A stretch of DNA of 64,000 bases from Epithemia pelagica (Eukaryota; Protista; Bacillariophyta): positions 2,852,001 through 2,916,000 of the forward strand of contig OX337236.1 in the NCBI GenBank assembly GCA_946965045.2. Reading direction: 5' to 3'. Positions 21,471 through 34,400 of the stretch are shown here, one piece after another (position 1 is the stretch's first letter; each line of letters opens with the position of its first letter). A program made the translations under genes and the position numbers. The notes below the pieces were generated by a model. The model had not been told where the DNA came from. It searched no databases and was given only the letters and a program-made list of their open reading frames with translations.

Positions 21471-21554
21471 GAAGGTCGCGCCTTGGGGGTGAGATAGAGA
21501 ATGCTCATCAAATTTCGATCACTAATCCTCATGACTCACCCCCGCTAGGGGGTA

Positions 21555-21645
21555 GATCAGATCCAAACGCGAGTATATTCCCAACAACACTGCGCCGATC
21601 GCCAGAGATAGCGTGTCTGTAGCAATGCCCAGCCACACGGTGAAA
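21555..21645 (-). pseudogene. ABC transporter pseudogene, piece 3 of 4
   Basis: FTVWLGIATDTLSLAIGAVLLGIYSRLDLI joins in frame to piece 2 (..GTLSS) and to piece 4 (TCELL..). Confidence 0.8.
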
Positions 21646-21931
21646 TCATCGGACGCACCCCATCCACGATAGTCTCGTACAAAACGAAGTTTTTCTGGGG
21701 GAACGCGAGATTGTCGAGTTTCGGAAGCACTTTTCACATGAGAGGCACGATTAGAAGGGCTATATTCATAAGATGGCTGGCGTGATTTACGTAGAATTTG
21801 TACTGTGAGGTACGTCACTCGCATTTCGTCTGAAACCAGCTTGTACTCCTACTCCTACACTGAGTGCCTTCAAATGTCTTCTCCACGCGCACGTCCCACC
21901 CAAGCCAGCCACATCAACTCTAAACAGCAAC

Positions 21932-22267
21932 CTACAAGCTGAGTTCAGACAGAATGTTCCTGTCGTAGCGCTCCAGTAGGAAATCTACGTAATACGCGCC
22001 AGTCATCTTTGCTAATATAGCCCTTATAATATGCCTCTGTTGTGCAAAGTGCTTCCGAAACTCGACAATCTCGCGTTCCCCCAGAAAAACTTCGTTTTGT
22101 ACGAGACTATCGTGCGTGGGGTGCGTCCGATGATCATGTTGTTGTGTATGATGCCAACCCCGTACCTTGTAGCGCCATTGAGGGTGGTTCAAGTAAACCC
22201 TAAAGCATCCGGATGCAGCTCGGCTACAAGGTAGGCGGTTGGGATGGCCCTCCACCATGGTCAACAC
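21932..22267 (-). pseudogene. Possible MULE/FAR1-type transposase N-terminal fragment
   Basis: PQWRYKVRGWHHTQQHDH followed by LGEREIVEFRKHF..IIRAIL resembles the W..V...HNH motif and following helix of Mutator transposases. Resemblance only. Confidence 0.35.
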
Positions 22268-22590
22268 AGTCGACTGTTTTTTCGTAATTTTTGATGAAAT
22301 TCTAGCGTTCGGAAGAAATCACACATAACACTAAAGTTAATAAAATATTTATTTCAGCCACTAGGAAGTCGCTAGTCGGACACTAATAACGCAGAACGCT
22401 TTCCAGGATTACTCCTCTGGTACCAATTCTACAGGAGTCTACGACAGGAACACACTCCCTGAACTCAGCTTGTATTACTCCTACACGAGCAACGGAGAGA
22501 CCGCTGCTACCCAATGCCATATGCAGGATGATGATTCGCAAAAAAATCGCCCACATTCTTTTGTCGTCTTGAGATGGAACAAATTGGACC

Positions 22591-25500
22591 ATGGGAGTGT
22601 CAGCCATGTTGCACAAGTTCTTTTGCTTTCACTGTGTTTTGCTGCAGCTTACAATTTTACCTCTGGTTGTGCTTGCCTTTGTTGGGCCTGATGGAACTTG
22701 TCCAATACAAGTATTTGCACCCTTCACGTGGTGCGTTCATTCAACTGTTTGTGGTTGGACTTGCAATTTGATGTCTGACCAACTCCACTTGCTTCCCATT
22801 TTCTACTTCAGGAATGGTGATCCTTACTATTGGCTTGTCAACCGCAACTTTACCGTTGGTTTTTCAGTAATGGCTGCAGCTGTGTTGGCGGTGGACCATT
22901 TCAATGAACGAAATAGTTCCATGGTTCCCGACCTCGCCCAATTCGCACCAAATGGTGGCAGTCCTTGTGATGTACAACTGGAAATTGACAAAGTTTTCAA
23001 CACTGATGGGGGAGAATCGCATGAGGCTAGTCGGATGCTTTGGGATTACGTTCTTTTCGAAAATGAGACAAGCACTGAAAGTGAAAGTGCCTCTTCAAAA
23101 GCAAAATCTCTGTGCGCATTTGCAGGCCCTATGCATGCACGCCCAGCAAGCGTAAGTCTGCTCCATGGTTTAAAATCTATGTCCAGATATTCCCGTAGTT
23201 GGATGGACCGAAGACGGTGAATCCAGGCTGATAATTTGTTCATTCGTCCTTGTTTGTATTTGTGCAGGACATAGGAATCATGGCATATGCTGCTAACATA
23301 CCGATGATTTCCATTCTCAACGATGACATGGTTCGAGATTTTAGTAGACCCATGAGAACTTCGGTGTTTCCAGATCTTCTTGAATCTGCTATTGTGTTGG
23401 TGTCCTTCTTGTTGCATCTAGAAAGGACAGACTTTATTGCCTTTTTGTACCCGCTCTCCGACAAGGGTATGCAACGTCGATCAGCTTTGGGGGTCATGTT
23501 GGATTCCAACAATGTTCGATGGATGGCCAGCGAGTACGTTGATTCTGTCGCAACGACCAAAATCAAACAAAAGGAGGGCAAACTCGGTGCTGACGATGTC
23601 TTGAACGCTCGCACAGTCCGAACCGCCGTGAAAAGGATCAAACAGAGTGGATTTCGCACTGTGGTCATCTCTCTCGATCACAACTATGAACGAATGTTTG
23701 AAGAAATTGCCGATGCCATTGAAGAGTTTGGAATGAATGATGGTGAGCACTTCTTTGTGTTCCTCGAACCCATCGGCTTAAGCGACTATGATATCGATTC
23801 CAATGTCAACATAAGAAAGCTGATCACAGGATCCGCGTTCGTTCTTCCCTTGTCGGATGATAATGTCAACTGGATTGGAAACCCCCTAATTGAAGACTGG
23901 TCAAGATTGGGAGAGCCCACCCTCAATGAAAAGTTGAATTTTCTGAACCCGATCGAACCAGCCAGTCCTGCATATATGCGCGAAACTCAACCGGAATACG
24001 GGTCAGGTATGTTGTTAGAATGATTCAGGGCTCAGTGAGACATCGCTGATCTTACATTTTGTTCCCGATATCACCATTTAGCTTTCATGTACGACGCTGT
24101 AATGAGTATAGGCTTTGGTGCCTGCCTCGCGAGTCGTCGTTCCGACGGATCCGTGGATGGTCGAGATCATCACAATGCCATTCGCAGCTTGCGCTTCAAA
24201 GGAGCATCGGGAAACGTTGCGTTCGGCAGAGATGTGTTGGAACGAGGAGGAACGCGTTGGTGGCAAAGTCTGGACTGGGTTGCTATCAACTACAGGGAAA
24301 GTGGTCACTACGAGCTGGCGGATGTGCTGATTGTCAAGAACATATCGACACTCGACAATCCGGATGATCCACCCTTTGAACAAATTGTGACAGCTTGGCG
24401 AGAAGGGGGATCACTACCGTGGTTTCTAGGATCGCCGTTAGTCTATGCCGACGGAACAACCACGGCTCCTATGCCACTGCGAGATCCAGGTGATCAACAT
24501 CTGGTCGATCCCTATATGAAGGCCTTGGGACTTTCGCTCATGGGAGCGACAATGCTGACATCTCTTATGGTCATTATTTGGGTGTATCGATGTCGCCAAC
24601 ACCGGGTAATTGCTGCGTCACAGCCTATGTTCCTCTACATCATTTCCATTGGGACCGTTGGTAGGTGGAAATACACTTGTTGAGTTTTGACATAAAACGC
24701 ACAATGGTCACCTACTTGTTGCTCATGATTTTGCCTTGCTGTGTCTGCTTCGGGAAGTGGAGGCAGCGACCGTCTTGGGGATATCATTCGATGATAGTAC
24801 GTTGAGCCCTGAGCAACTCAGTCGTCTATGCATGGCACTACCCTGGCTCTTCGGCACTGGTGTTGTCATTGTGGTGTCTACTCTATTCACAAAGGTAAGA
24901 TGTGGAGGAGGTTTATTCATAGTGAGGTTTTGTGCTCACCAGTCATTATCATAGCTTCTTCGTGTCCATAAAACGCTGCAGTTTTCTCGAAAACGTGTGC
25001 CGAAGACGGTCCTTATATTGCCGATCACGCTTCTGCTATTTGCAGTTGTACTCATTTTGTCCTTGTGGACTGGCTTGGACCCGCTAGTATGGAAAAGAAA
25101 AGATCTTGATGACGAGACAATGGACAGCAGCGGCACATGTCGCAGCGAGGGCCAATTAGCGGCCTTTCTTGCTCCTTTTGTTGCTGTGCTTCTTTTGGCA
25201 CTTCTCTTGTTGGCATACATGGCTTATAAGACGAGGGATGTCGATGAAGCTTATTCAGAAAGCCACTGGATTTATATTCTTATTATAATGCAGTTGGAGG
25301 TAGTCCTGGTTGCCTCCCCTGTTGTAATCAAGCTGCACGATACAAATCCGATTCCAAACGTTAATTACATGGTCTTCACGCTCTTGTTGCTATCATTTCC
25401 ATGGATGACTCTTTGCTTTATCTTCGGGCCTAAGTTGCTTGCCTACTGGAAATCTATCCGAGGCATTGATCCCAATAAACCAAAACGAGGGCAGCTCCAA

Positions 25501-25656
25501 TCGAAGCCACGCGTAACAGGGCTAGAAAAACCAATCACAGCCGTTCCCTCAATGTCCGAACAGTTGCCAGGTGAGAAATGGGCAATCGACCAGGATGATC
25601 TACATGATTTGTCCGCAAAGGAAGAGGAACAGAGCGTGGACAGAAATACCCAATGA
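22591..25656 (+). CDS. Class C (GABA-B-like) G-protein-coupled receptor, 6 predicted exons
   Basis: Signal peptide, Venus-flytrap-like ectodomain (AAAVLAVDHFNERN, MYDAVMSIG, FKGASG) and 7tm_3 motifs (HRVIAASQPMFL, CMALPWL, LFTK, DPLVWKR, AYKTRDV..SES, FGPKL). Predicted introns 22731-22811, 23152-23267, 24007-24081, 24661 to about 24760 (acceptor uncertain) and 24895-24954 keep the frame open. Confidence 0.88.
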
Positions 25657-25714
25657 GTGTCCTTCTCTTCGTCTCTGCGTTTGATGACCGCCTTTGATTC
25701 ATTTCTTATGCTTC

Positions 25715-26077
25715 TCATGGTTCCCCCCACACGTCATCGTCAACATGGCCATTACAAATCTCCATCAGCAATTCCACCTCCTGGCTCATAACTTTCAAAA
25801 CACTTTCAACAGTGTTCGAAGACCGAGCTCCCACTCGCACACCATTCATTGTGCAAACTTTATCACCAGGAGAAATATCAACGATTTCTGAGTCATGCGA
25901 AGTTAAGGATAAGATGCGCCTTCCGGAAATTGGGCTGATGGTTGCTTCTAGGGTGTGATTCCTAGGATGTTTTAGAGATTCCCTAGTCACGTTGACAAGC
26001 CTTGTATCAGTGGCATTGTCTTCAAAACTGCCCAACTTTTCGGTTTGAAATTTGAAAGTGATCGTTCTGTACAGTCG
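25715..26077 (-). pseudogene. PDZ-like domain fragment
   Basis: TITFKFQTEKLG...ISPGDKVCTMNGVRV..SSNTVESVLK..EVELLM resembles the PDZ consensus. There is an in-frame stop upstream and no clear start. Confidence 0.35.
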
Positions 26078-26452
26078 CTACTGGAAGCTTTTCGACTGGT
26101 GTGTCCTCCTTCATCATTCCCTGGTTCAACGTGTTGAGGAGGCTCAGACGACAGGAGAGTGAACAACATGCGCTGAAAATTACGGCTCTGTGTCTGTGCT
26201 CCTCCTTCTGGGAGTGTTGTAGCAGACTTTCGGTGAGTGAGACAGTAAAAGCGGTCCACCGAGAATTCCCAATCGAAGGATTTGAAGTGATAACAGTTTG
26301 TACATGAGGGTGACATTACGCTCAACGCAGCCCAAGTGGGAGTGACACGTCAGCAAATCACCTCTACGGGCTGCTGCGAATAATGGACAACAGTCATCAT
26401 TACGAAGTAGATTTACGGTACTACCAACTACCAAGGTTTGGGTTTCGAATAT

Positions 26453-27473
26453 TTAAAGCAAGAATGCAATGTTGTTGTCGTCATCTACGCCGCCGACATG
26501 AACTCCTACGGCCATGCCATGGAATTTTCCAAGATCCTCGGGTTGATTCTGATCCAGCAAAAACACGACTGCCCCAGAACAACCCGCAAATGTGTTAATG
26601 CTGTGGCAAAAGGTTTTGCGTTCGGGTGAGAATTCTGTAACCTCACCCGTGTAAATGCATGTTTGATGCTTGTTGCCATAAACCTGCGCCAAGTCGACTG
26701 AAGGCAAAGCACCGGCGTCGGCGTGGTCAATATCGAAGGTTCGAAAAACAGCAATTCCAATTTTGTGACCAATCTGGAGGCGAAACTCCTCGGGTACTTT
26801 CTGAAAGAGTAATGGCATCTGTGTAAAATAGTGTTGCGGGTCGTCGGTCGTTTCGCCAAAAGACACGTCCCCGTCATCCCAAGTGATGGCGGCCCTGTTC
26901 TGAGTAGCCACCCGAACAGTGGTCTGGCATGAGCCAAGTGAACACCCACCGTCGGGCATTTCGACGTCCAGATCCGAACCGTGGGCAAACTGCATTGTGG
27001 TCCGTTTGTATTTCTCGCCATTTTCGCTCTCCAAATTATGCTTGGCGGTGACGGGAGAAGCTTCGTACTTCGCGAAGTTTTCAAAAGAGACCGACCTCTT
27101 GCACCGATTGTTCTGGAGTTTCTGCGACCTTGGATCCCATGATCAAACCGCCCTGTCCATAGTACTCGTGGTTATTCGAAGCCACATCTGCAAATGTCAC
27201 GTATATTTCAGCCGCTTTATTGGCAACCTGCGTAACGAGCTCTCTCGAAACGGCCGTAGCGTCATCAACGAACGATTTGGCGACCACCTCGCCATGCTTC
27301 CCCGCATCAAGGAGTCGCTCACCGCGACCTTTCTTCTTGTGGCTGCGACTGGCAGAACTATTAGCGTAAGAGGCGGCTCGCTTTCGAGTCTCTCGGCTTG
27401 TATTCGAGGAAGACATCATGGTGAATGGTGCGAGAAAGAACGCAAAAAAATATTGAGTTTTTGTGAGAAGCAA
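26453..27473 (-). pseudogene. Trypsin-like peptidase domain gene with a frameshift (or unrecognised intron)
   Basis: C-terminal FCHSINTFAGCSGAVVFLL..AVGVHVGG matches the trypsin-like GxSG catalytic region. The N-terminal ORF 27081-27473 is in a different frame. Confidence 0.55.
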
Positions 27474-27725
27474 ATCCGACTGTCACCTGTCACCTGTCGG
27501 TTTCTGTCAACTGTCAACTTACGCGCCGGCCACAAACGGATTGACCGACAGACCAAGAATGAAGATTCTTACCTAGGAGTACCTAGGTACGGTAGCTTAT
27601 TTTCTCAGGATCTTAGGGGTAGTTTGAGAAAAAATGCAATGCCCGATAGATAAATACGTATAGTCAGATTAGGTCAATCCTCATGGAGGGTCGACCTTTA
27701 GCGTTATCGCGGTGGAGATGCGATG

Positions 27726-28093
27726 TCTCTTGTTGGCATACATGGCTTATAAGACGAGGGATGTCGATGAAGCTTATTCAGAAAGCCGCTGGATTTATAT
27801 TCTTATTATAATGCAGTTGGAGGTAGTCCTGGTTGCTTCCCCTGTTGTAATCAAGCTGCACGATACAAATCTGATTCCAAACGTCAATTACATGGTCTTC
27901 ACGCTATTGTTGCTATCGTTTCCATGGACAACTCTTCGCTTTTCTTCGGGCCTAAGTTGCTTGCCTACTGGAAATCTATCCGAGGCATTGATCCCACAAT
28001 AAACCAAAACGAGGGCAGCTCCAATCGAAGCCACGCGTAACAGGGCTAGAAAAACCAATCGCAGCCGTTCCCTCAATGTCCGAACAGTTGCCA
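27726..28093 (+). repeat. Direct partial duplicate of the GPCR last exon (25203-25569)
   Basis: 368 bp versus 367 bp, with about a dozen substitutions plus a 1-bp deletion and a 2-bp insertion. Confidence 0.93.
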
Positions 28094-28555
28094 AACTCGA
28101 CAGTGTACCAAAATCGGTAACAATGTTGATGAACGCAAATTCAACCGTTAAGACAATGAGAGTAAGCAATATTGCCATCAATGCTTTGAGGAATCTGCTC
28201 AGCGTCAGAGATGTATGTAACAGTGCTTCCGCCTCTTCCTTGACGGCAAATCGCCAATCTGGTAACGACAAGAGAAAGGGCTGGATGCAGAAAAAGGCAA
28301 GAACACTGGAGGCGACCAAAACCAACGCCGAAAGTTCCTCTGTCGAGTCCCAAAATCCAACAATGAACAAACCAAAGACCAAGGAAGTAAACACTGTGGT
28401 TCCGACAAGTATCGGGCTGGACATCACTTCCACTTCAAAAAAGAACTTCCAGTCATGGCCATTTGTATCAATGACTTTGGTTTGCCCTACCGCCAGAGCA
28501 TAGAGAACCTTGTCTCGGTCGACCTGCTCCAGATTATTAACCCTAACGGTATTGC
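28093..28555 (-). pseudogene. ABC transporter pseudogene, piece 2 of 4 (start of second TMD)
   Basis: NTVRVNNLEQVDRDK..FWDSTEELSALV..FCIQPFLLSLPDWRFAVKEEAEALLHTS..IVTDFGTLSS, parallel to module 1. Confidence 0.85.
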
Positions 28556-28649
28556 ACTTTTCGAAGACAGTCTGTTTTTCCCACCCTACTGTTTAGCCCC
28601 ATACTCTTTTCTACTGTTTGTCTTATAGTAACTTCGTCAAGTCATCACC

Positions 28650-31375
28650 ATGGCGCCCTATCGCCGTTCTCCCTCGTCGTCTATCAAGCGTCCAGGCTCT
28701 GGTGGCACATCCGGTACCTCCTCGTCGACGCACTCCGTGGTCCAATCGCGAGTTAATCAATTCTTCTCGGCGGCTCCGCAGAGTGGGTCATCGTCTACCA
28801 CTCGATCGAGCGGACAACCCAACCGACAAGGCGCTACCCCAGCGGTTCCGAATCGCACGGCCACGACGGCCTCCCAGACGCACCGCAAACGGCCCGCTGC
28901 GGAGGAGCGTTCTCCTGTATCCACCATGGCGCAGGACGTCGCTCCCACTCGGCTCCTGCGGGAAGACCCGACCGATCCTATCCAGGATTCTTCTCCGTAT
29001 CGGTCGGCCCTTCTGGCCAACAGCAGTTCCACGTCGGCGCCCGGTACGGCCACTACGACGCCTCCCAGGAATACACCGTCGCCATCATCCAAGAAGAAAC
29101 CCGCAAACTTAACGCCAAGTCGCAGTCTCCTCGTCCGGCGACGGAGCTTTCGACCCCCAATCGCTCCCGCTCGGAGACGCGGCGTCCATCGGCCAGCAGT
29201 CCGGACCCGGGGATGTCGATTACCGGTCGAGGGCGAGGTGGTTGTGGATCCTTTGCCGCCGGTTTTTCGTCCCCTGGTCGTGGCCATACTCGATCTTCCG
29301 GTCGGATCCGCCCATCGACGATAAACGACGCTACCCCGGAGGAATTGGCGGAAATGGATGAGGCCGCCGACGATGACGCTCTTGTCCGTCGGGTTGCTGG
29401 CTGGATTTCTGCCCGAAATCAGACTCGACAACACACCCCGACTTCGCCGCCGGGGGCAGAGACACCTGGTAGTCCATTGGCCACCAACCGTTTGCCTCCT
29501 CCTCGCGCCCCGTCCCCGGCAGGCTCCGACGACGCCACGGTGGCCGCAGACAACTCGGAAGGGAACCTCGTACATCGATTTGTGAACCAACCCACGACGA
29601 CGGTCGCTACTACCACTTCCCCGGCCCCGACGACGGTGTCCGTTCCGGGCGAGCGGTCAGCTGGCTCACGCCCCTCTGCCTCGTCCTCGTCTGCTCCGTC
29701 CAATCCCTACACCGCCCCGTCCTTGGTGCCGGCCCGCCCTTTTGAACGCCGGTATGAATTTCGGATCCTAGTGCCGCCTTCGACTCAGGCCGATGTGGAA
29801 CTCTGCTCGGTGCTGGTGCAATTCTTCACGAAACTTCGGGAATGCGATTCGTCGCTCGTCTTACACCCGTGGGAAGACAAGGAAAATACAACACGACAAA
29901 GCGGTACCCGGCCATGGAAGTCGATTTCGTCACCTTCCCAACTTCCTCTCACCCTCACCGGATTGAAGAAGTATTTTCCCCGGATTCTCCCAAAAACTGG
30001 TGGCGGCCACGTGTACCCGTCGTGCTATTTAGGCCACACGAAGACTTTTGGTTTCATCAAGGATGAGCTTACGTGGTGGTTCCAACAGGAGCGTCACGGA
30101 TTGTGGGAGCGCCAGCTCCAGTGCGAATCCACCTACATCGTAGGCTGGGGACTGTATTCCACTCAATCCATGCACGTCCCGGAACTCCGTCGGGTGCTCA
30201 GCGAATTGTTGGGATTTGACATCGGGATCAGGTGGCGCACCATCCAACTGGACAAGTCGGGTCCTATCCCGGCCGAGCAGCTTGCGAAAGCGCTCCATTT
30301 TGAAGTCAACCGGACCAATCGGCGCCAAGCGAAGCAACGGCTGGGTCAGATCTACGCCCGCGACGCGACGTCCTTCCCGTTGGGTATCAAACTGCGGCTC
30401 GTGTGGCCTCTCTCGGATCTCATGAATTTCCACACCCGTACCAAAGTTTCGGCCCTTCGCTTGCGGCAACTCCAATTTTGCAATCACATGCGTGGAATGC
30501 GTACCTGGGAGCTTCACACGATAGGTCAACCTGACGAGACCACCGGTTTGACACTACGCAAACGTTTGACAGACATTCGCAGCCAAAAGGACGGCTTTCA
30601 ACTATTCCATTCTGTTGACCCGAGCTATATCGGGGATGCCGTGCAATTTACTTTCCATCCAAATCGGGAAGAAGAAGCTCGGGCCATGATCACGGGCCTT
30701 ATCCCCTATTTGCGATGGAAAATGGCGGATGAACAGTCTTTCGCTTCTGCGGTGGAACGGGAACGTTTTTTCTCGCGCGCACTGTACCGTCATTTTAGCC
30801 GCGATGCTCTGGATCGAGCGGTGGATGCGGTCTGGAACCCACAGACCATGAGTGTGGATTCCCCGGCAGACGATTACAACGGATGGATTCACGATGTGGG
30901 CGATAGCGAACTCGACTGTTCGCACATGGATCCGAGTCCTGCCCCTGGGGATACTATTCCAACGGCCTCAACGGGGCCGCGGGTTCGGCCGCACGACGCT
31001 GCTGGCGACCAAGACAGTATTTCCACCCTTCCCCAAGGCCAGTCGGTGGCGTCCTTCCCTTCCTAAGCGTCTGCCACGTCCCTTCCATCGGCCCAGCCTC
31101 CCCAACCTCCCCCCAATGCTTCCCCTGCGACAACAACCCCTTCGTCTCTGACTTCGGCGACTCCCCCCGCCCAATTACTTTCTTCTATTGATGCAATGAT
31201 CAGTTCCCTTCGTTCGGCACTTGAACACCTTCCCAACACACCCGAGACCATTGTGGTCAGGCAACAACTGGCCTCCCTTCCTTCCGGCTCATCAGCACAG
31301 CCTTCTTCTTCCTCTTTGACTGCGCCACCCCCGTTGTCCTCTTCGCGCAATGTGGCGACGGGGCCGACGCCTTAG
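28650..31375 (+). pseudogene. LINE ORF1 (about 900 aa reconstructed)
   Basis: ORF 28650 joins ORF 29213 if one C is restored near 29100 (KKKP-RKLNAK). An in-frame TAA at 31064-31066 is followed by 102 more open codons to TAG at 31373-31375. Confidence 0.75.
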
Positions 31376-31433
31376 TTGGCACGCCTCGACGGTTTCTTCT
31401 TTCTTCCTAGAAACCCGTCACCGAGAGGCCAGC

Positions 31434-34400
31434 ATGGAAGAAGTTACGGGTATCGTGAGGGAGTCGCAGGACAGCGAGGAGCCCACCTGGGGCGATCCTT
31501 TTGTCTTACAACCCACCGACGATACCCCACGGGTCGCGGCGGTCAATGTCTCGGGTCTTCCGCCGGACCCTAATGGACTCAAGTACCACGAATTACAAGA
31601 TTTTCTTTTACACAACAATATTGATGTTTTATGCCTCACGGAAATGAACCTTGCTTGGCACTGTCTTCCAGAGACGGCTCAATTTGCACACGTAGTACGA
31701 CCTTGGTTTTGGTCGGTCTACACCAAGGTTGCCTGGTTTCGGGACAAGGACGCCACCTCCCATTTCCTTCGTGGCGGTACAGGTATTCTAGTGCGCGACC
31801 ATCATGCAGGACGCGTCTGCGGTTCAGGAGTGGACCCCTCCGGGTTGGGTCGGTGGTCCTGGATTCAGTTACGGGGACATCATCGGTCCCATCTACGTAT
31901 CTTCTCTGCCTACCGGCCGGTGGCCAATACAAGGGATCTTGGATCTCTTTGGAATCAACATCGGTCTTTCTGGTTGGCGTCGGACCCACCACGGACCTTA
32001 GACCCTCGACAAGCGTTCCTCGACGACCTCACGGTCGCAGTTCAAGAAGCATACGACCTCGGCGACCAAATACTGGTCTCGATGGACGCAAACGAGCCCC
32101 AACTTTGGTCCCCCGACAATCCGGTCGTTTGCGCGCTCCGTCCCTTCGACTGCTCCGATCTCCACCTCGACCGTCACTCGCGCACTTCGGCTCCCCCTAC
32201 ACACAATCGCGGGAGCCGCCCTATTGACACCATGATGGGCACCCCCTCGCTTTGCGACTCCCCGTCCGGTTATCTCCACTTCGGGAGTGCTCCCGGAGAT
32301 CATCGGCCTCTATGGCTTGATCTCTCGGTGACGACGCTTTTCAGAGCGGCGGGCCGCGTTATCCCTCCGTCGAAGGGGCGAAAACTCCAGTGTCGCGATC
32401 CACGGGTCGTGTCTCGGTACCAACGCTCGTTACGGACGACCTACGTAGCTAATAATTTGTGGGCACGAACTTTTTCGTTGGAAGCGTCGGTTTCTGCAGC
32501 TCCAACCAACTCGGCTCCCGGTCTCTCTGTAGCTCAGGCACGCGAATGGGAATCGCCGGACAAAATCCGCTGCGATGGAATCTTGAAGGCTGAAGCATCC
32601 TGTCGCCGTCTCCGCACTGGCAGTGTTCCGTGGACCCCTGCTCTGGTTCGAGCACTGAATATCCACCGGTTTTGGGACCGTTTGTATCACCGGGCGCTCG
32701 GCCGTCACGTGAGCTTCTCCTACTTACGTCGTTTAGCCTCTCGGGCTGGGTTAGATATCCCTGTACACATGCCGATTGACATTATACTGGAGCACCGACA
32801 AGCTGCATGGTCGTCATACCGTGAAGAAAAACGACGCGCTCCTGAATCCCGTCGGTCGTTCCTGGCGGAGTTAGCTCGAGCTCGAGCAGAGGCTGGGCTG
32901 GACGCAGCCGCCACGGGTCTCCAAGCCATGATCCGACGCGAAAAGCAACGAACCGACGCTGCCCTCCTTCGGTCGATTCTGCGTCCCGCTCAACGTCGTG
33001 GTCTAGCGGCGATCGAAGTTCCTGTGGGCTCCGGTGACTGGGAAGACGGCGAATGGACAGGCGAGTGGCAATTCCACTCGGACAAGGCCGGGATTGAAAA
33101 CGGATGCTTAACGGAAAACGACCGTCGTTTTCATCAAGCGACCGGAACAGATCTCCTCACGCGTCCCATGGTCGACGCTCTGGGCCCCACAGGATGCTCG
33201 TCGGAGGCCCAAATCCTCCTGAAGACAGGCCATACCACGGCCTTCGAGGACTTGGTCTCGCCTGAAGCACTGTTGTACCTTAGTGCTCATCGACGTCCGT
33301 CGGTTCTCGTCGCCCCACACCCCTTCCTCCTCGACTTTCGCACGGATGCCTACTCTCGGTCTTGGGCTCGGATGGATGAATCGACGTCCTCCGGTCCTTC
33401 AGGATTGCACTTCGGCCATTTCATGGCGAATGGGATGGACAGCGACTTGGGGGCAATCGATGCCGCGCTAGCTCGGATCCCGGCCATTACTGGGTATGTC
33501 CCTTCCCGATGGAAATCTGGTTTAAATGTCATGCTAGAAAAGAAGCAAGGGGTGATTAAAGTGTCGCAGCTTCGTACGATATTACTCTACGAAGCCGACT
33601 TTAATCACAACAACCAGCTGATGGGTCGTTCCATGATGCGGTACGCTGAGGCGAACCAGCTTTTAGCGCCGGAACAATACGGAAGTCGCAAGGCGCACAG
33701 CGCGATTCATCAGTGCCTTAACAAGGTACTCACCTTCGATTTGATCCGCCAAACACGACAACCCGCCACGCTCTGTCTAACGATGCGAAATCGTGTTACG
33801 ATCGTATCGTCCACGGAGCGGCAGGCTTGGCCATGCAACGGTGTGGTGTACCAGTACCCCTAGTCGAAGCGTCTCTGTCTCCTATACAGCAATTGCGGCA
33901 CTATATCCGCACGGCCTACGGTGATTCTCGCGTCTCCTTTTCCGCTTGCTCCGGGGACTTACCGGCCCATGGAATCGGTCAGGGCAACGGCGCTGGTCCG
34001 GCAATCTGGGCCGTGGTAAGCACGCCCATCTTCAACTCGATGCGGCAACGTGGGTATGGCATCTTTGTCCGGTCACCGTCGGGCGCGGACTTCTTCTTCG
34101 TTGGCTATGCGTTCGTCGATGACACTGACCTAGTGGTCAATGACCCCTCGCCATCTGCTTCTTCCACTTCGGTGATTGATCGGCTACAAACGAGCATCAA
34201 TTTCTGGGAGTCCTCTCTTCGCGCCTCAGGAGGCGCTTTAGTGCCCAGCAAATGTCATTGGTACTTGGTGGATTATTCCTGGAGAAACGGCAAGTGGCAA
34301 CTTCTCCCCCCCTCTGCCTCTCCCGGTACAATCTTGATTCGGTCGCCGTCTGGTCGACGGGTTCCGATCGAACGAGTGGACCCACATGTGGCTAGGAAGA

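Larger units (their letters stand above)
17921..21554. mobile_element. Mutator-like non-autonomous element with captured cargo (Pack-MULE-like, 3634 bp)
   Basis: 10-bp TSD GATCAGATCC (17911-17920 and 21555-21564). Imperfect TIR of about 80 bp: 17/21 terminal match TACCCCC.AG..GGGGT.AGT plus a perfect 20-bp block CTCACCCCCAAGGCGCGACC exactly 60 bp in from each end. Confidence 0.85.

Noticed and set aside
21646-28092. Helitron explanation for the GPCR-carrying insert (starts with TC after A)
   Set aside because: The other end lacks CTRR, a subterminal hairpin and a following T.
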